Source: an uncultured Candidatus Nitrosopelagicus sp.
GTDB taxonomy: Archaea; Thermoproteota; Nitrososphaeria; Nitrososphaerales; Nitrosopumilaceae
Assembly (NCBI GenBank): GCA_964539205.1
Contig: CAZIHG010000019.1
Coordinates: 1-38,267, forward strand
Direction: 5' to 3'
DNA: 38,267 nt
Shown here: one piece after another, positions 1-9,444 of the stretch
How positions within the stretch are numbered: the first letter of the stretch is position 1
How the letters are laid out: each line of letters starts with the position of its first letter
Position numbers and translations under genes: made by a program
Notes under the pieces: model-generated
Seen by the model: only the letters and a program-made list of their open reading frames with translations
Database searches by the model: none
Told to the model about the DNA's origin: nothing

Positions 1-1
1 A

Positions 2-208
2 TATGGAGAATAAGGAAATAGAGGAATAAATGGTCCTGTTGGTGATTAAGGTCCACGAGGTCCACCAGGTCCACCAGGAGACAAAGGACCTACAGGTGGA
101 ATGTCAGAGGAACAAAAACAACTATTCAAAGACATGCTAGATATTCTTGCAAAAAAAGGAATTATTACATCGGAAGAACAAATAGAACTTCAAAGTCATC
201 TATACTAA
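2..208 (+). CDS. 3' end of a collagen-like (Gly-X-Y) protein with two in-frame TAA codons (partial; error or pseudogene)
   Basis: Hand translation of frame 2: YGE*GNRGINGPVGD*GPRGPPGPPGDKGPTGGMSEEQKQLFKDMLDILAKKGIITSEEQIELQSHLY*. Ten Gly-X-Y triplets at 5-94, TAA at 11-13 and 47-49, final stop at 206-208. Confidence 0.75.
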
Positions 209-930
209 TACAGACTTTCTGCAACAGTTCTGTATGGTTGAAGCCATCTTTCATGATTACATTGTGTACATTTGAACATCCATTTCCTTTTCCTTGTCAC
301 TATTTTTGGTATGATTACAACTTCATGTTTTGTCTTCTCCATACAAAAGTTACATCGTCTCAATTCAAATTGTTTAGCCTGATTTGCATCTTCTAGAAGA
401 TCAGCCAATTTCTTGAAATCTTTTTTCAATTCATCAGTAAGTTTTTGATTGTAGATTGTTGCGGCGGGATGGAATGTGACAAAAAACTTTTTTTCATTCT
501 TTTCAATAACTTTACCATGATTTTTCGTAATTTCTTTTCCCCCAAGAAGTGTACCATATGCGGTATTTCCCATAATGCATATGATCTTCGGATTGACTAT
601 GTCAATCTCATGATTAATAAAATCAACACATGCGGTTTCTTCCTCCTTTGATGGAATCCTATTGTTAGGCGGTCTACATTTTACAATGTTTGTGATATAA
701 ACATCAGTTCTATCGATTCCTGCATCATATAAAATCTCATCAAGTATTTTTCCAGCCGCACCCACAAATGGCTCTCCAGATGCATCTTCACTTCTACCAG
801 GAGCTTCACCTACAAAAATCACATCTGCATCAAAATTACCTTTTCCTGGAACTGCATTAATCCTAGTTTTACATAGCCCACAATTCGTACAACTTCGGAC
901 TTCCTCTGCAATTTTTTCTAATTGATGCAA
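205..930 (-). CDS. udg: Family 4 uracil-DNA glycosylase with C-terminal zinc-ribbon-like extension
   Basis: CxxC (CTNCGLC) Fe-S ligands, FVGEAPG, GEPFVGAAG, TNIVKCRPPNNR, TFHPAA. Tail carries CNFC...CTQC. Confidence 0.93.
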   Translation of the reverse strand: MHQLEKIAEEVRSCTNCGLCKTRINAVPGKGNFDADVIFVGEAPGRSEDASGEPFVGAAGKILDEILYDAGIDRTDVYITNIVKCRPPNNRIPSKEEETACVDFINHEIDIVNPKIICIMGNTAYGTLLGGKEITKNHGKVIEKNEKKFFVTFHPAATIYNQKLTDELKKDFKKLADLLEDANQAKQFELRRCNFCMEKTKHEVVIIPKIVTRKRKWMFKCTQCNHERWLQPYRTVAESLY

Positions 931-1027
931 TATAACATAAAATCATCTCTTTCCTGATTAAAAATCTTAGATCCTTACTTGTCACCTCAAAAGAATCACA
1001 TAATAGAACCTGTGACTAAATCTCTGC

Positions 1028-2455
1028 ATGACAAATGTACAAAATTTGGACTTTTTAAAATTCTTTGATCCTACAACAATGAGTATTCATCTAAAAGAAA
1101 ATCAGAAACCACTTGGGAAAAAAGGTACGCCTGGAAATTTTGAATTGGTTGAGGTTGGTGAAAAAACACTTGATAGAGACTATCTCGAAATAATTGTATC
1201 TCAAATTCTTAATTCAGTAGATGACGAGACACTTGGTAATACAGAAATATCAAAACCAGGTGCACTGGTAATACAATACAGAGATTATCGTATTGCAATA
1301 ACTAGGCCACCATTTTCTGAACTTCTAGAAATTACAATAGTTCACCCAATTAAGCAGATGGCGTTGGAAGACTATAACGTATCTGAAAAACTAATGTCAC
1401 GTTTAGAAAAACAAGCAGAGGGGGTTCTAATATCTGGTTCACCAGGATCTGGAAAAAGCACACTTGCATCTGCAATTGCAAATTTTTACAATCAAAATGG
1501 AAAGATTGTAAAAACATTCGAGTCTCCACGTGATCTACAAGTTGATCCTGGAATTACTCAATACACTAGATTGGATGGAAATTTTGAAAATTCTGCAGAT
1601 GTATTACTTTTGGTTAGACCAGATTATACTATATTTGATGAGGTAAGAAGACGAGAAGATTTTAGGATTTTTAGTGATCTTAGATTAACTGGTGTTGGAA
1701 TGGTTGGTGTAGTTCATGCTAACACACCGTTAGACGCAATACAACGATTTATCGGTAAAATCGAGCTTGGTATAATTCCAAGTATATTGGATACTGTAAT
1801 CTTTGTTAAAGATGGAGAAATCAATAAGATCTATGAATTAGAATTTCAGGTCAAAGTTCCATCAGGAATGGTAGAACAGGATCTAGCAAGACCAGTAATA
1901 GATATTTGTGATTTTGAGACTGGTGAGTTAGAATATGAAATCTACACATTTGGGGAAGAGAATGTCATCATGCCAGTATCTAGCAAAAATAAAAAAAATG
2001 GAATGGAGTTACTGGCTGAAAAAGAAATTATTGGCATTATGCGCAGGTTTGATTCAAATCCAAGTGTTGAGTTTCTAAGTGATTCTAGTATCAAAGTATT
2101 TGTTTCAAAAGAATCAATTCCATCTATAATTGGTAGGAATGGAAGTACAATCAAAGAACTTGAAAATAAATTAAAACTACATATTGATGTGGAAGAGAAA
2201 AATTCAAATTCAAAAATAGATGGTTATACATTACCATTCGATTTCTCAGAGTCTAGAACTGCATTAGTACTAGATGTTGGTAAAGAGTATTCTGGAAATA
2301 TTGCAGAAATTTTTTCTAATAATGAATTCTTACTTTCATCTAAAATAAACAGAAAGGGTCACATAAAGATCCTGAAACGTTCATCATATGGTAAACTTTT
2401 CTCAAGAGATGTAAATTCAAAAAACGATATTGAAATTTTTCTCAAAACTCATTGA
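1028..2455 (+). CDS. PINA-type (PINc/VapC-family) P-loop ATPase with KH domain, lacking the N-terminal PIN domain
   Basis: Walker A GSPGSGKST, FESPRDLQV, LLVRPDYTIFDEVR, GVGMVGVVHA, DAIQRFIG. KH motif IPSIIGRNGSTIKELE. Confidence 0.85.
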   Translation: MTNVQNLDFLKFFDPTTMSIHLKENQKPLGKKGTPGNFELVEVGEKTLDRDYLEIIVSQILNSVDDETLGNTEISKPGALVIQYRDYRIAITRPPFSELLEITIVHPIKQMALEDYNVSEKLMSRLEKQAEGVLISGSPGSGKSTLASAIANFYNQNGKIVKTFESPRDLQVDPGITQYTRLDGNFENSADVLLLVRPDYTIFDEVRRREDFRIFSDLRLTGVGMVGVVHANTPLDAIQRFIGKIELGIIPSILDTVIFVKDGEINKIYELEFQVKVPSGMVEQDLARPVIDICDFETGELEYEIYTFGEENVIMPVSSKNKKNGMELLAEKEIIGIMRRFDSNPSVEFLSDSSIKVFVSKESIPSIIGRNGSTIKELENKLKLHIDVEEKNSNSKIDGYTLPFDFSESRTALVLDVGKEYSGNIAEIFSNNEFLLSSKINRKGHIKILKRSSYGKLFSRDVNSKNDIEIFLKTH

Positions 2456-2939
2456 ACTCGTTCCTGAATTTCGGATTTGATTTTAGAAATGTCATAAATT
2501 TTCTTAATTGCTTAATTGTCTTTGGATTAAGATGATGCTCTATTCCCTCAGCATCTTGATTAGCAATGTCTTTTCCAATTCCTAGAATTTCAAAAAATTC
2601 TAATAGAATGCTATGTTTTTGTCGTATTGCTTCTGCCAACTGCTTCCCTTTTTTAGTTAGATTAATCCCATGATATTTTTCATATTCAAGATATTCATTT
2701 TCATCTAAACGTTTTAGCATTTTTGTGACACTTGGTGCGCTGACATTCATATACCTAGAAATATCAAGTGTTGTTGCATAACCTTTCATATCAACTAATT
2801 CAGATATAACTTCAAGATAATCTTCTATTCTGTTCGAATCTGGCTTTTGTGATTTATGAGCAGCCTTTATTGATTCCAGTCTTTTTGACGATTTTTTGAT
2901 CAACTTGTATATCAGAATTATCTTTGATATAAATTTCAA
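2442..2939 (-). CDS. DtxR/MntR-family metal-dependent repressor (true start probably ~12 codons downstream)
   Basis: EDYLEVI, HTH segment VSAPSVTKMLKRL, YHGINLT..G, KH.ILLEFF, AEGIEHHL. Confidence 0.9.
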   Translation of the reverse strand: MKFISKIILIYKLIKKSSKRLESIKAAHKSQKPDSNRIEDYLEVISELVDMKGYATTLDISRYMNVSAPSVTKMLKRLDENEYLEYEKYHGINLTKKGKQLAEAIRQKHSILLEFFEILGIGKDIANQDAEGIEHHLNPKTIKQLRKFMTFLKSNPKFRNEFNEF

Positions 2940-3020
2940 ATTTTTGTTATCAAATCTTGACTTGAATGTAATTCAATTTGATCCCTGAATTTTAACTATT
3001 TTTTTCATGACTAGAAGAAA

Positions 3021-3368
3021 ATGGTGGATATGTTACAAGAAAGAATAAGGCAGCTTAGACTAATGGGTGAATCTGCAAAACGTCGTTCAAGGATTTATTC
3101 TGGTATAACAGATTTAGATGATAAAAAAACTGCCAAGTCATTAGGTGCACTGAATCGTGCTTCAGCTCCTGGTAAGAAGATGCAAAAGCTTGGTTTTGTG
3201 ATGTTATGGATACCTGAACCAACTGGTGTCACATGCGTTGTTGGTGCACCAATGATATTAGCTGGACGGTATTTAGATAAAAAATACAATGGTGCCACGC
3301 TCAAGGATATAGGACAGCATACACAAGAGGCAATGACATCAATCAATAACTTCAAAACTACTACATAA
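3021..3368 (+). CDS. Hypothetical protein with hydrophobic hairpin
   Basis: 115-aa ORF filling the intergenic gap; segment LWIPEPTGVTCVVGAPMILAG. Confidence 0.65.
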   Translation: MVDMLQERIRQLRLMGESAKRRSRIYSGITDLDDKKTAKSLGALNRASAPGKKMQKLGFVMLWIPEPTGVTCVVGAPMILAGRYLDKKYNGATLKDIGQHTQEAMTSINNFKTTT

Positions 3369-3406
3369 TCATCTTAGTTTTTATCATGTTTTAATTATAA
3401 AAATAC

Positions 3407-3901
3407 ATGCCAACACGACTTCAGGTTTTAATTCCAATTGGAATTGCCGCAGTGATTGTTGGTATTGCAGGAGTAGTTTCAATGCCATCGGAAGTAAAGT
3501 TAGAACAAGTTGATTTTCCAGTGGGAACAATAAAAGTAGACGAAAAATTTCTTGAGGTTCAAATTGCAGATACAGAACCAAGACGAGTACGAGGATTAAT
3601 GTTCCAAGACACTTTACCATATGATCAAGGAATGTTATTTGTTTTTGATGAACCAGGACAAAAATCAATGTGGATGCTAAATATGCAGTTTCATCTTGAT
3701 TTGATTTGGTTTGATGAAAATGGGAATGTAGTAGAAATTAAAACAAATGTACCTCCATGTAAAACACCTCTTGAAGTAATGGCTTGTGATTCTGAACGTG
3801 TCGAAGCTAATAATGCAAAGTATATTCTTGAAGTCACATCTGGATTTGTCGAAAAATTTGATATTGATGATACATCAAAACTTGAAATAATTTCAATCTA
3901 A
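3407..3901 (+). CDS. DUF192-family membrane-anchored protein
   Basis: N-terminal TM; VQIADT..RRVRGLMF, GMLFVF, MWMLNMQFHLDLIW, YILEV..G. Confidence 0.9.
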   Translation: MPTRLQVLIPIGIAAVIVGIAGVVSMPSEVKLEQVDFPVGTIKVDEKFLEVQIADTEPRRVRGLMFQDTLPYDQGMLFVFDEPGQKSMWMLNMQFHLDLIWFDENGNVVEIKTNVPPCKTPLEVMACDSERVEANNAKYILEVTSGFVEKFDIDDTSKLEIISI

Positions 3902-3908
3902 GTACTAT

Positions 3909-4295
3909 ATGATGGAAGTGACAAAAATATCTGCAATTACAATATTTGCAAAAAACATGAAGGAATCTTGTATGTTTTATTCCAGAGTCCCCAAATTTGA
4001 GATATCATATGGTGGACCAGATTCAAACTTTACCACCTTCAAAATCAATCAATCACCAGACATGTATCTCAATATAGAATTACTTACAGTTAAACAAAAA
4101 ATAGAGAATGTATGCAGAATTATTTTTCATACAGACGATGTTGATGCATTATATCACTATTTGAGAAATGATGATATTATTTCCAAGTTGGGCAAATTTG
4201 AGACTATGCCTATAGATGCTGATTGGGGAGAAAGATATTTTCAAATGCGTGATCCAGATGGATATGAAATTGTGTTTGCTAGCCCAATAACCTAG
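3909..4295 (+). CDS. VOC/glyoxalase-family protein
   Basis: SCMFY, FHTDDVDALY, DWGERYFQMRDPDGYEIVF. Confidence 0.88.
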   Translation: MMEVTKISAITIFAKNMKESCMFYSRVPKFEISYGGPDSNFTTFKINQSPDMYLNIELLTVKQKIENVCRIIFHTDDVDALYHYLRNDDIISKLGKFETMPIDADWGERYFQMRDPDGYEIVFASPIT

Positions 4296-5578
4296 GGCTT
4301 TAATCTATCAGGGTCTCTTGGATATAGTACTACCTCGCGAACATTATCAATTCCAACTAGAACTGTCATTAGTCTATCCAATCCCATTCCCCAACCAGAA
4401 TGTGGCGGCATTCCCCAACCAAATGTCTTCAAATGTTCTTCAAAGCTTCTAGGATCCAAACCCTGTTCCTTTAATCTGGTTTTTAGTTGCTCAGGATCAT
4501 GTAAACGTCTACCACCAGAAGACAATTCCAAATATCCATATTGCAAGTCAAAAGAACGTGAGAGGGTTGAATCATCATCTTTTTCATGAATGTAAAATGG
4601 TTTAAGTTTCATTGGCCAATCAGTTAAAAAGTAAAATCCAGAATGTTTCTCTCCTAATGTACGAAGGTGTGAATCTAACAAGTCTTCCCCAAAGTCTAAT
4701 TTGATATCTACGGAATTCAACTCATCTAAAGCTTGACTATACGTTACTTTTTCAAATGGTGAATTTGGGATTTCAATCTTGTGACCAATATCTTCTTGTT
4801 CTGGCTTACATTTTTCTGATGCGTTTTTGAATACATCTAGTACGATGGATTCTAAAATATCCATTACATCAGTATAATCCATCATGGCGGCTTCAATGTC
4901 TATGCTTGTAAACTCACTGAGATGTCTCCCAGTATGTGATTTTTCAGCTCTATAAAATGATGAAATCTCAAAGACTCTCTCCAACCCTATAGTCATTTGT
5001 TCTTTGTATAATTGTGGGCTTTGTGCAAGATATGCTTGCTTTCCAAAATAGTCCAATCCAAAAAGATTTGCACCACCTTCACTCGCACTGCCAATAATTT
5101 TGGGTGTTGTAATTTCAATGAATTTTTTATTAGTTAATGTGTCTCTGATTGATGCTAGCACATTATGTCTTAGTTTGAATATTGACGCAGTTTTTTGATT
5201 TCTCATATCAAGTGCCCTAGAATTCAATCTGTTGTCGATATCACTTTCAAGTCTGCCTATTGGATCTATTGGAAGAGGATATTCCGCCTTTGCAAGTATA
5301 TCTATCGTATTAGCAGCAATCTCAAAATCAAAGTCTTTTGCCTTACTTGCTTGAATCTTACCGGAAATTCTAACCACACTCTGTCTGTTTAAACCTTCAA
5401 GCAAATCCTTAGACTCGCCTTTCACTATGACCTGACACATTCCAGTCACATCGCGTATTGTCAAAAACGCCATTTTTCCTAGTTTACGTAAATCCACGAT
5501 CCAACCACCAAAAAGCACATCCTGTCCAGTCATTGATGTATTTAGATCTTGAATTAGGTGTGTTCTTGTTATATCCAT
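4292..5578 (-). CDS. aspS: Archaeal-type aspartyl-tRNA synthetase
   Basis: OB-fold N terminus; SEGGANLF, LAQSPQLYKE, motif 2 YRAEKSHTGRHLSEF, motif 3 GMPPHSGWGMGLDRL, YPRD. Confidence 0.96.
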   Translation of the reverse strand: MDITRTHLIQDLNTSMTGQDVLFGGWIVDLRKLGKMAFLTIRDVTGMCQVIVKGESKDLLEGLNRQSVVRISGKIQASKAKDFDFEIAANTIDILAKAEYPLPIDPIGRLESDIDNRLNSRALDMRNQKTASIFKLRHNVLASIRDTLTNKKFIEITTPKIIGSASEGGANLFGLDYFGKQAYLAQSPQLYKEQMTIGLERVFEISSFYRAEKSHTGRHLSEFTSIDIEAAMMDYTDVMDILESIVLDVFKNASEKCKPEQEDIGHKIEIPNSPFEKVTYSQALDELNSVDIKLDFGEDLLDSHLRTLGEKHSGFYFLTDWPMKLKPFYIHEKDDDSTLSRSFDLQYGYLELSSGGRRLHDPEQLKTRLKEQGLDPRSFEEHLKTFGWGMPPHSGWGMGLDRLMTVLVGIDNVREVVLYPRDPDRLKP

Positions 5579-5680
5579 GGTTTTTTTTAATATTGTTTCA
5601 CGTAAAAACTTAGCACTGTTGCCTATAGTTTAGAAATTCTCAAAATCCATATAACACACTATTTTTCTAGGATTGCATAT

Positions 5681-6616
5681 ATGACATTCATCACTATAGA
5701 TAATCTAACTACCCATTATGATACATCAAAGGGAAAAGTACATGCATTAGATAATGTTAGTTTTTCATTAGAAAAAGGCCAATCAATTGGTATAGCAGGA
5801 GAAAGTGCATGTGGAAAAAGCACACTTGGCTTATCATTGATTAGGATGATTCCAAATGGGAAGATTATTGCTGGTAAAATAATTTTTGATGGAAAATCAT
5901 TATTAGAAATCCCTGATTCAGAATTTGACAAAAAACATAGATGGAATGATATCAGTATGGTCTTTCAAGGAGCGATGAATTCATTAGATCCCGTATTCAC
6001 TATAAAAGAACAGTTTGTTGAGATTCTAAAAGAGCATAAATTCAATGATGATATTGATAGAACAATTCTCGATTCACTTTCATCTGTTAATCTTGAAGAT
6101 ATTGTTTTACAAAAATATCCACATGAGCTAAGTGGTGGAATGAAGCAGCGTGTAATTATTGCAATGGCATTGTTACTAAAACCAAAATTTGTAATTGCGG
6201 ATGAACCAACTACTGCTTTAGATGTCTTGATACAAGCACAACTTATGAATCTGTTTAAGAAATTGAAAAAAGATGGAATGACATTAATGATCATTTCACA
6301 TGATTTGGGTGTTTTATCAGAAGTTGCCGAAAAAATTGGAATTATGTATGGTGGAAAAATGATCGAATTCGGTGATTCTATTGAGATTTTTAAAAATCCT
6401 AAACATCCTTATACAATCGGTTTACTTGAATCAATTCCTCGATTACATGGAAATAAGAAACCAAAATTCATCAGTGGTACACCACCTGATTTACTCAATG
6501 CTGAAGGAGGGTGTAGATTTATAGACCGTTGTCCAGAGGCTATGGAAAAATGTAAACAGACACCACCAAAGATTTCTACAGAATCTGGATATGTTTTGTG
6601 TTGGCTCTATGAATAG
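5681..6616 (+). CDS. Oligopeptide/dipeptide ABC transporter ATP-binding subunit (DppD/OppD-like)
   Basis: GESACGKST, YPHELSGGMKQR, IADEPTTALDV, HPYT, C-terminal GCRF..RC. Confidence 0.93.
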   Translation: MTFITIDNLTTHYDTSKGKVHALDNVSFSLEKGQSIGIAGESACGKSTLGLSLIRMIPNGKIIAGKIIFDGKSLLEIPDSEFDKKHRWNDISMVFQGAMNSLDPVFTIKEQFVEILKEHKFNDDIDRTILDSLSSVNLEDIVLQKYPHELSGGMKQRVIIAMALLLKPKFVIADEPTTALDVLIQAQLMNLFKKLKKDGMTLMIISHDLGVLSEVAEKIGIMYGGKMIEFGDSIEIFKNPKHPYTIGLLESIPRLHGNKKPKFISGTPPDLLNAEGGCRFIDRCPEAMEKCKQTPPKISTESGYVLCWLYE

Positions 6617-6981
6617 CGTTTTACGATAGGCAAACAGGAGTCAATTATACGTAAAATTTCACTTCGTATAACATTTCTATCTATTGTTATCCATATTTTT
6701 TTTCCTGCAACAGAAAATGCAATAGTTTGAACTTTTATTCTTTCTTCCCATACAAAGTCAGTTGCGCCTAACTGTTCATCAAATTGTTCTTCTAACTCGG
6801 TTTTGATAGCAATCTGTGCAAATTGATATTGTGTACTTTTTTGATCCAGTAATGGCTCCAAATCTTCTCTTCTATGACTTGCTAAGAGTTCACCAGATTT
6901 ACTAATTACACCTACAAATCTGATATATGGACTGATTTTAGAAATTAAACCTACAATCTCATAATTTTCATTATCAGTCAT
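6607..6981 (-). CDS. Thaumarchaeal roadblock/profilin-like protein (DUF6659-like)
   Basis: IRFVGVISKSGELL...RREDLEPLL pattern, 124 aa; family recalled, not searched. Confidence 0.6.
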   Translation of the reverse strand: MTDNENYEIVGLISKISPYIRFVGVISKSGELLASHRREDLEPLLDQKSTQYQFAQIAIKTELEEQFDEQLGATDFVWEERIKVQTIAFSVAGKKIWITIDRNVIRSEILRIIDSCLPIVKRYS

Positions 6982-7058
6982 TCATTATCAATTCCAGTTT
7001 TGCATTATTTTAGTGATTATTAGATATGTTTTCATAGTTATGATGAATTCTTATTCTA

Positions 7059-7721
7059 TTGGATATTTGGGATTTTTTTCCATTTTTTTCTTCTGAAGTT
7101 GGTTATATCGGTCTTGCATTGGTGAGTTTTATTGGTTCATTGATTCCATTTGTACCAATCCCGTCATTCATTCTACTCATAACAATGTCGGTTGGTGATC
7201 AATTTAATATTCATATTTTAGCAATTTTGGCAGCAATTACATCAACACTTGCAAAGCAGATAATTTTCTATGCCAGTTATGGTGGAAGAAAGATTATTTC
7301 TGAAAAAACTAAAAAAAGAATGTTACCGTTTCAAAGATTAGTTAAACGATATGGAGCAGGTGCAGCATTTTTTGCAGCAGCAACTCCGATACCAGACGAT
7401 TTGGTATATGTACCATTAGGATTAGCCAAATACAATCCCCGAAAATTTTTTGTTGCAACATTAAGTGGAAAATTAATTTTATGCTACGTGATTGTAATTT
7501 TGTCACATTATGTTAGTGGTCCTGTAATAGATCCAATTTTTGAAAGCTTTGGAATTTACTCTGTTGAGGATATGGAAGATCCAACACTAATATTGATAGG
7601 TATAATTAGCTTTGGTGCCGCAATGACTGCCATCGTATTAATATTACTTAGATTGGATTGGAACCGTGTTTTAGGCAGATTTGTACCTTGGACATTAGAA
7701 GATAATGATGATCAAAAATGA
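7059..7721 (+). CDS. DedA/VTT (SNARE-associated) family membrane protein
   Basis: Several TMs; IPFVPIP, FFAAATPIPDDLVYVPLG, FFVATLSGK. Confidence 0.85.
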   Translation: MDIWDFFPFFSSEVGYIGLALVSFIGSLIPFVPIPSFILLITMSVGDQFNIHILAILAAITSTLAKQIIFYASYGGRKIISEKTKKRMLPFQRLVKRYGAGAAFFAAATPIPDDLVYVPLGLAKYNPRKFFVATLSGKLILCYVIVILSHYVSGPVIDPIFESFGIYSVEDMEDPTLILIGIISFGAAMTAIVLILLRLDWNRVLGRFVPWTLEDNDDQK

Positions 7722-8278
7722 TCCTTTACATTAATGCTAAAATTCCACTGTTTTTCTAGACCTTTAGAGATACCAACTCGTGATTTTTGATGTATTTTTT
7801 GCGGTCTTATTCCATTACTAATGTATAATTCTGATTTTTTTGTTAGATCTTGATTGTGTTGTTTCATTGTAATGCCCATTGCAATTGTTAGTTTTCCTGG
7901 GCCATTAGATATGCTGTAAATGTTTTTCATTCCTCTATTTTTCATCATTACTTTCAAACCATTTTGTGGATAAACACCACGAATCAAAACCGCACCAGCA
8001 TTTTGTTTCTTACTTTTTGCTACAACATTCAACATAAAGTACATACCATAAGTAAAGTAAACATATGACATTCCAACCTGACCAAACATAACTTTATTTC
8101 GATCAGTCATTTTTATTGCTGCATGACTTGCAGGATCATCTTTTCCTCTATATGCCTCTGTTTCAGTAATTATACCGTCAAGTTTTATTCCATGAATTTT
8201 TCTGATGAGTCTTTTACCAAGTAATTCTTTAGCTACTGTCACTGTTTCACGCTCAAAAAATTTCCTTTGTAGGATCAT
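7712..8278 (-). CDS. mpg: 3-methyladenine DNA glycosylase (MPG/AAG family)
   Basis: VAKELLGK, ITETEAY..DDPASHA, YVYFTYGMY..LNVV, AVLIRG, NGPGKL, RVGIS. Confidence 0.94.
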   Translation of the reverse strand: MILQRKFFERETVTVAKELLGKRLIRKIHGIKLDGIITETEAYRGKDDPASHAAIKMTDRNKVMFGQVGMSYVYFTYGMYFMLNVVAKSKKQNAGAVLIRGVYPQNGLKVMMKNRGMKNIYSISNGPGKLTIAMGITMKQHNQDLTKKSELYISNGIRPQKIHQKSRVGISKGLEKQWNFSINVKDHF

Positions 8279-9378
8279 TTTCTCTTAATTATAGTTAGCA
8301 CATCCTCATCATGCAGAATATGTTTTAGTCCAACTCTCTGACCACCAAACTTTACACTTTTACCCCATACTAATCCAAATCTAAAATCTTTTTTCATATT
8401 TCTATGTAATTTATTACATACATCCAATACAGAATTTCCCTTTCTTATGATTAATGGCTCTTTAAAATCAGTTTTACCACCCTTTGGGCGCATGTAAATT
8501 CTAATGAAATGTAATTGATCGTATATACGGTCTCTTAGTTCTGCAACATTTACATCTGTGTCAGCAGATACTGGTAGAAATTCTGTTTTTAATTTTTTTG
8601 AAACTGATTTAAGAAACTTGTTATCAACTAGATCAATTTTGTTTAGTACGGTGATTGATTTGGCATATGTTTTGTTTCCGGTAATGAAATCAACTAATTG
8701 TTCAGAATCAATATCCTCACGTATCACAACTCTAGCGCTTGTGTAGCCATATACATTTAGAATATCTTTCAGAAGTTTTTCAGACATTTTTCTTAATTTT
8801 ACTTGTTGCGCAACTGCAATACCACCAGTTGTTGATTTTTCTATAACTATATTTGGTGGCTGTTGATTAAGCCTAATCCCAATATTACCCAATTCATTTA
8901 TTAAAACATCCTCATGATATGGCTGGAAAACATCCAGGATTAATAATACGATATCTGCACTCCTTGCTACTGAAAGTATTCTCTTTCCTAAACCTTTTCC
9001 GCTAGATGCACCCTTAATAATTCCCGGCAGATCAAGCATTTGAATTCTTGCACCACGATGTTCTAAAACTCCAGGTACAACTGTTACGGTTGTAAACTGA
9101 AATGCACCTACAGTTGATTTTGAACCTGTTAGCTTATTCAACAATGTTGACTTTCCGACACTAGGAAGACCTATGAAAACCACTGTTGCATCACCTGTTC
9201 TTTTTACATCAAACCCATCTGATTTTTTTGCACTTTTTTTAATGGCGTTTGATTCTTGTTCCCGTTTTAGTTTGGCAATTTTTGCTTTAAGTAATCCTAT
9301 ATGATGTTCTGTAGCTTTATTCAATTGTGTTCTATGAATTTCATCTTGTATTGCTTTGATCTTTTCTGGAATTCCCAT
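8275..9378 (-). CDS. drg: DRG/Rbg1-family Obg-like GTPase with TGS domain
   Basis: NKATEHHIGLLKAKIAKL, GLPSVGKST, FTT, DLPGII, NKID, TGS WGKSVKF.GQRVG. Confidence 0.95.
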   Translation of the reverse strand: MGIPEKIKAIQDEIHRTQLNKATEHHIGLLKAKIAKLKREQESNAIKKSAKKSDGFDVKRTGDATVVFIGLPSVGKSTLLNKLTGSKSTVGAFQFTTVTVVPGVLEHRGARIQMLDLPGIIKGASSGKGLGKRILSVARSADIVLLILDVFQPYHEDVLINELGNIGIRLNQQPPNIVIEKSTTGGIAVAQQVKLRKMSEKLLKDILNVYGYTSARVVIREDIDSEQLVDFITGNKTYAKSITVLNKIDLVDNKFLKSVSKKLKTEFLPVSADTDVNVAELRDRIYDQLHFIRIYMRPKGGKTDFKEPLIIRKGNSVLDVCNKLHRNMKKDFRFGLVWGKSVKFGGQRVGLKHILHDEDVLTIIKRK

Positions 9379-9444
9379 TATCCCACCTATCTTCCACTCA
9401 CTTAATACGCTTCATATATTATTGTCAACATTCTAACTAGATTA

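Noticed and set aside
2-49. TAA reassignment or readthrough suggested by in-frame stops in the collagen repeat
   Set aside because: TAA ends many intact genes in this window, and no other gene has internal stops.
1028-2455. Type II/IV secretion or pilus system ATPase
   Set aside because: The KH domain and motif set fit PINA, and there are no pilin or TadC-like genes nearby.
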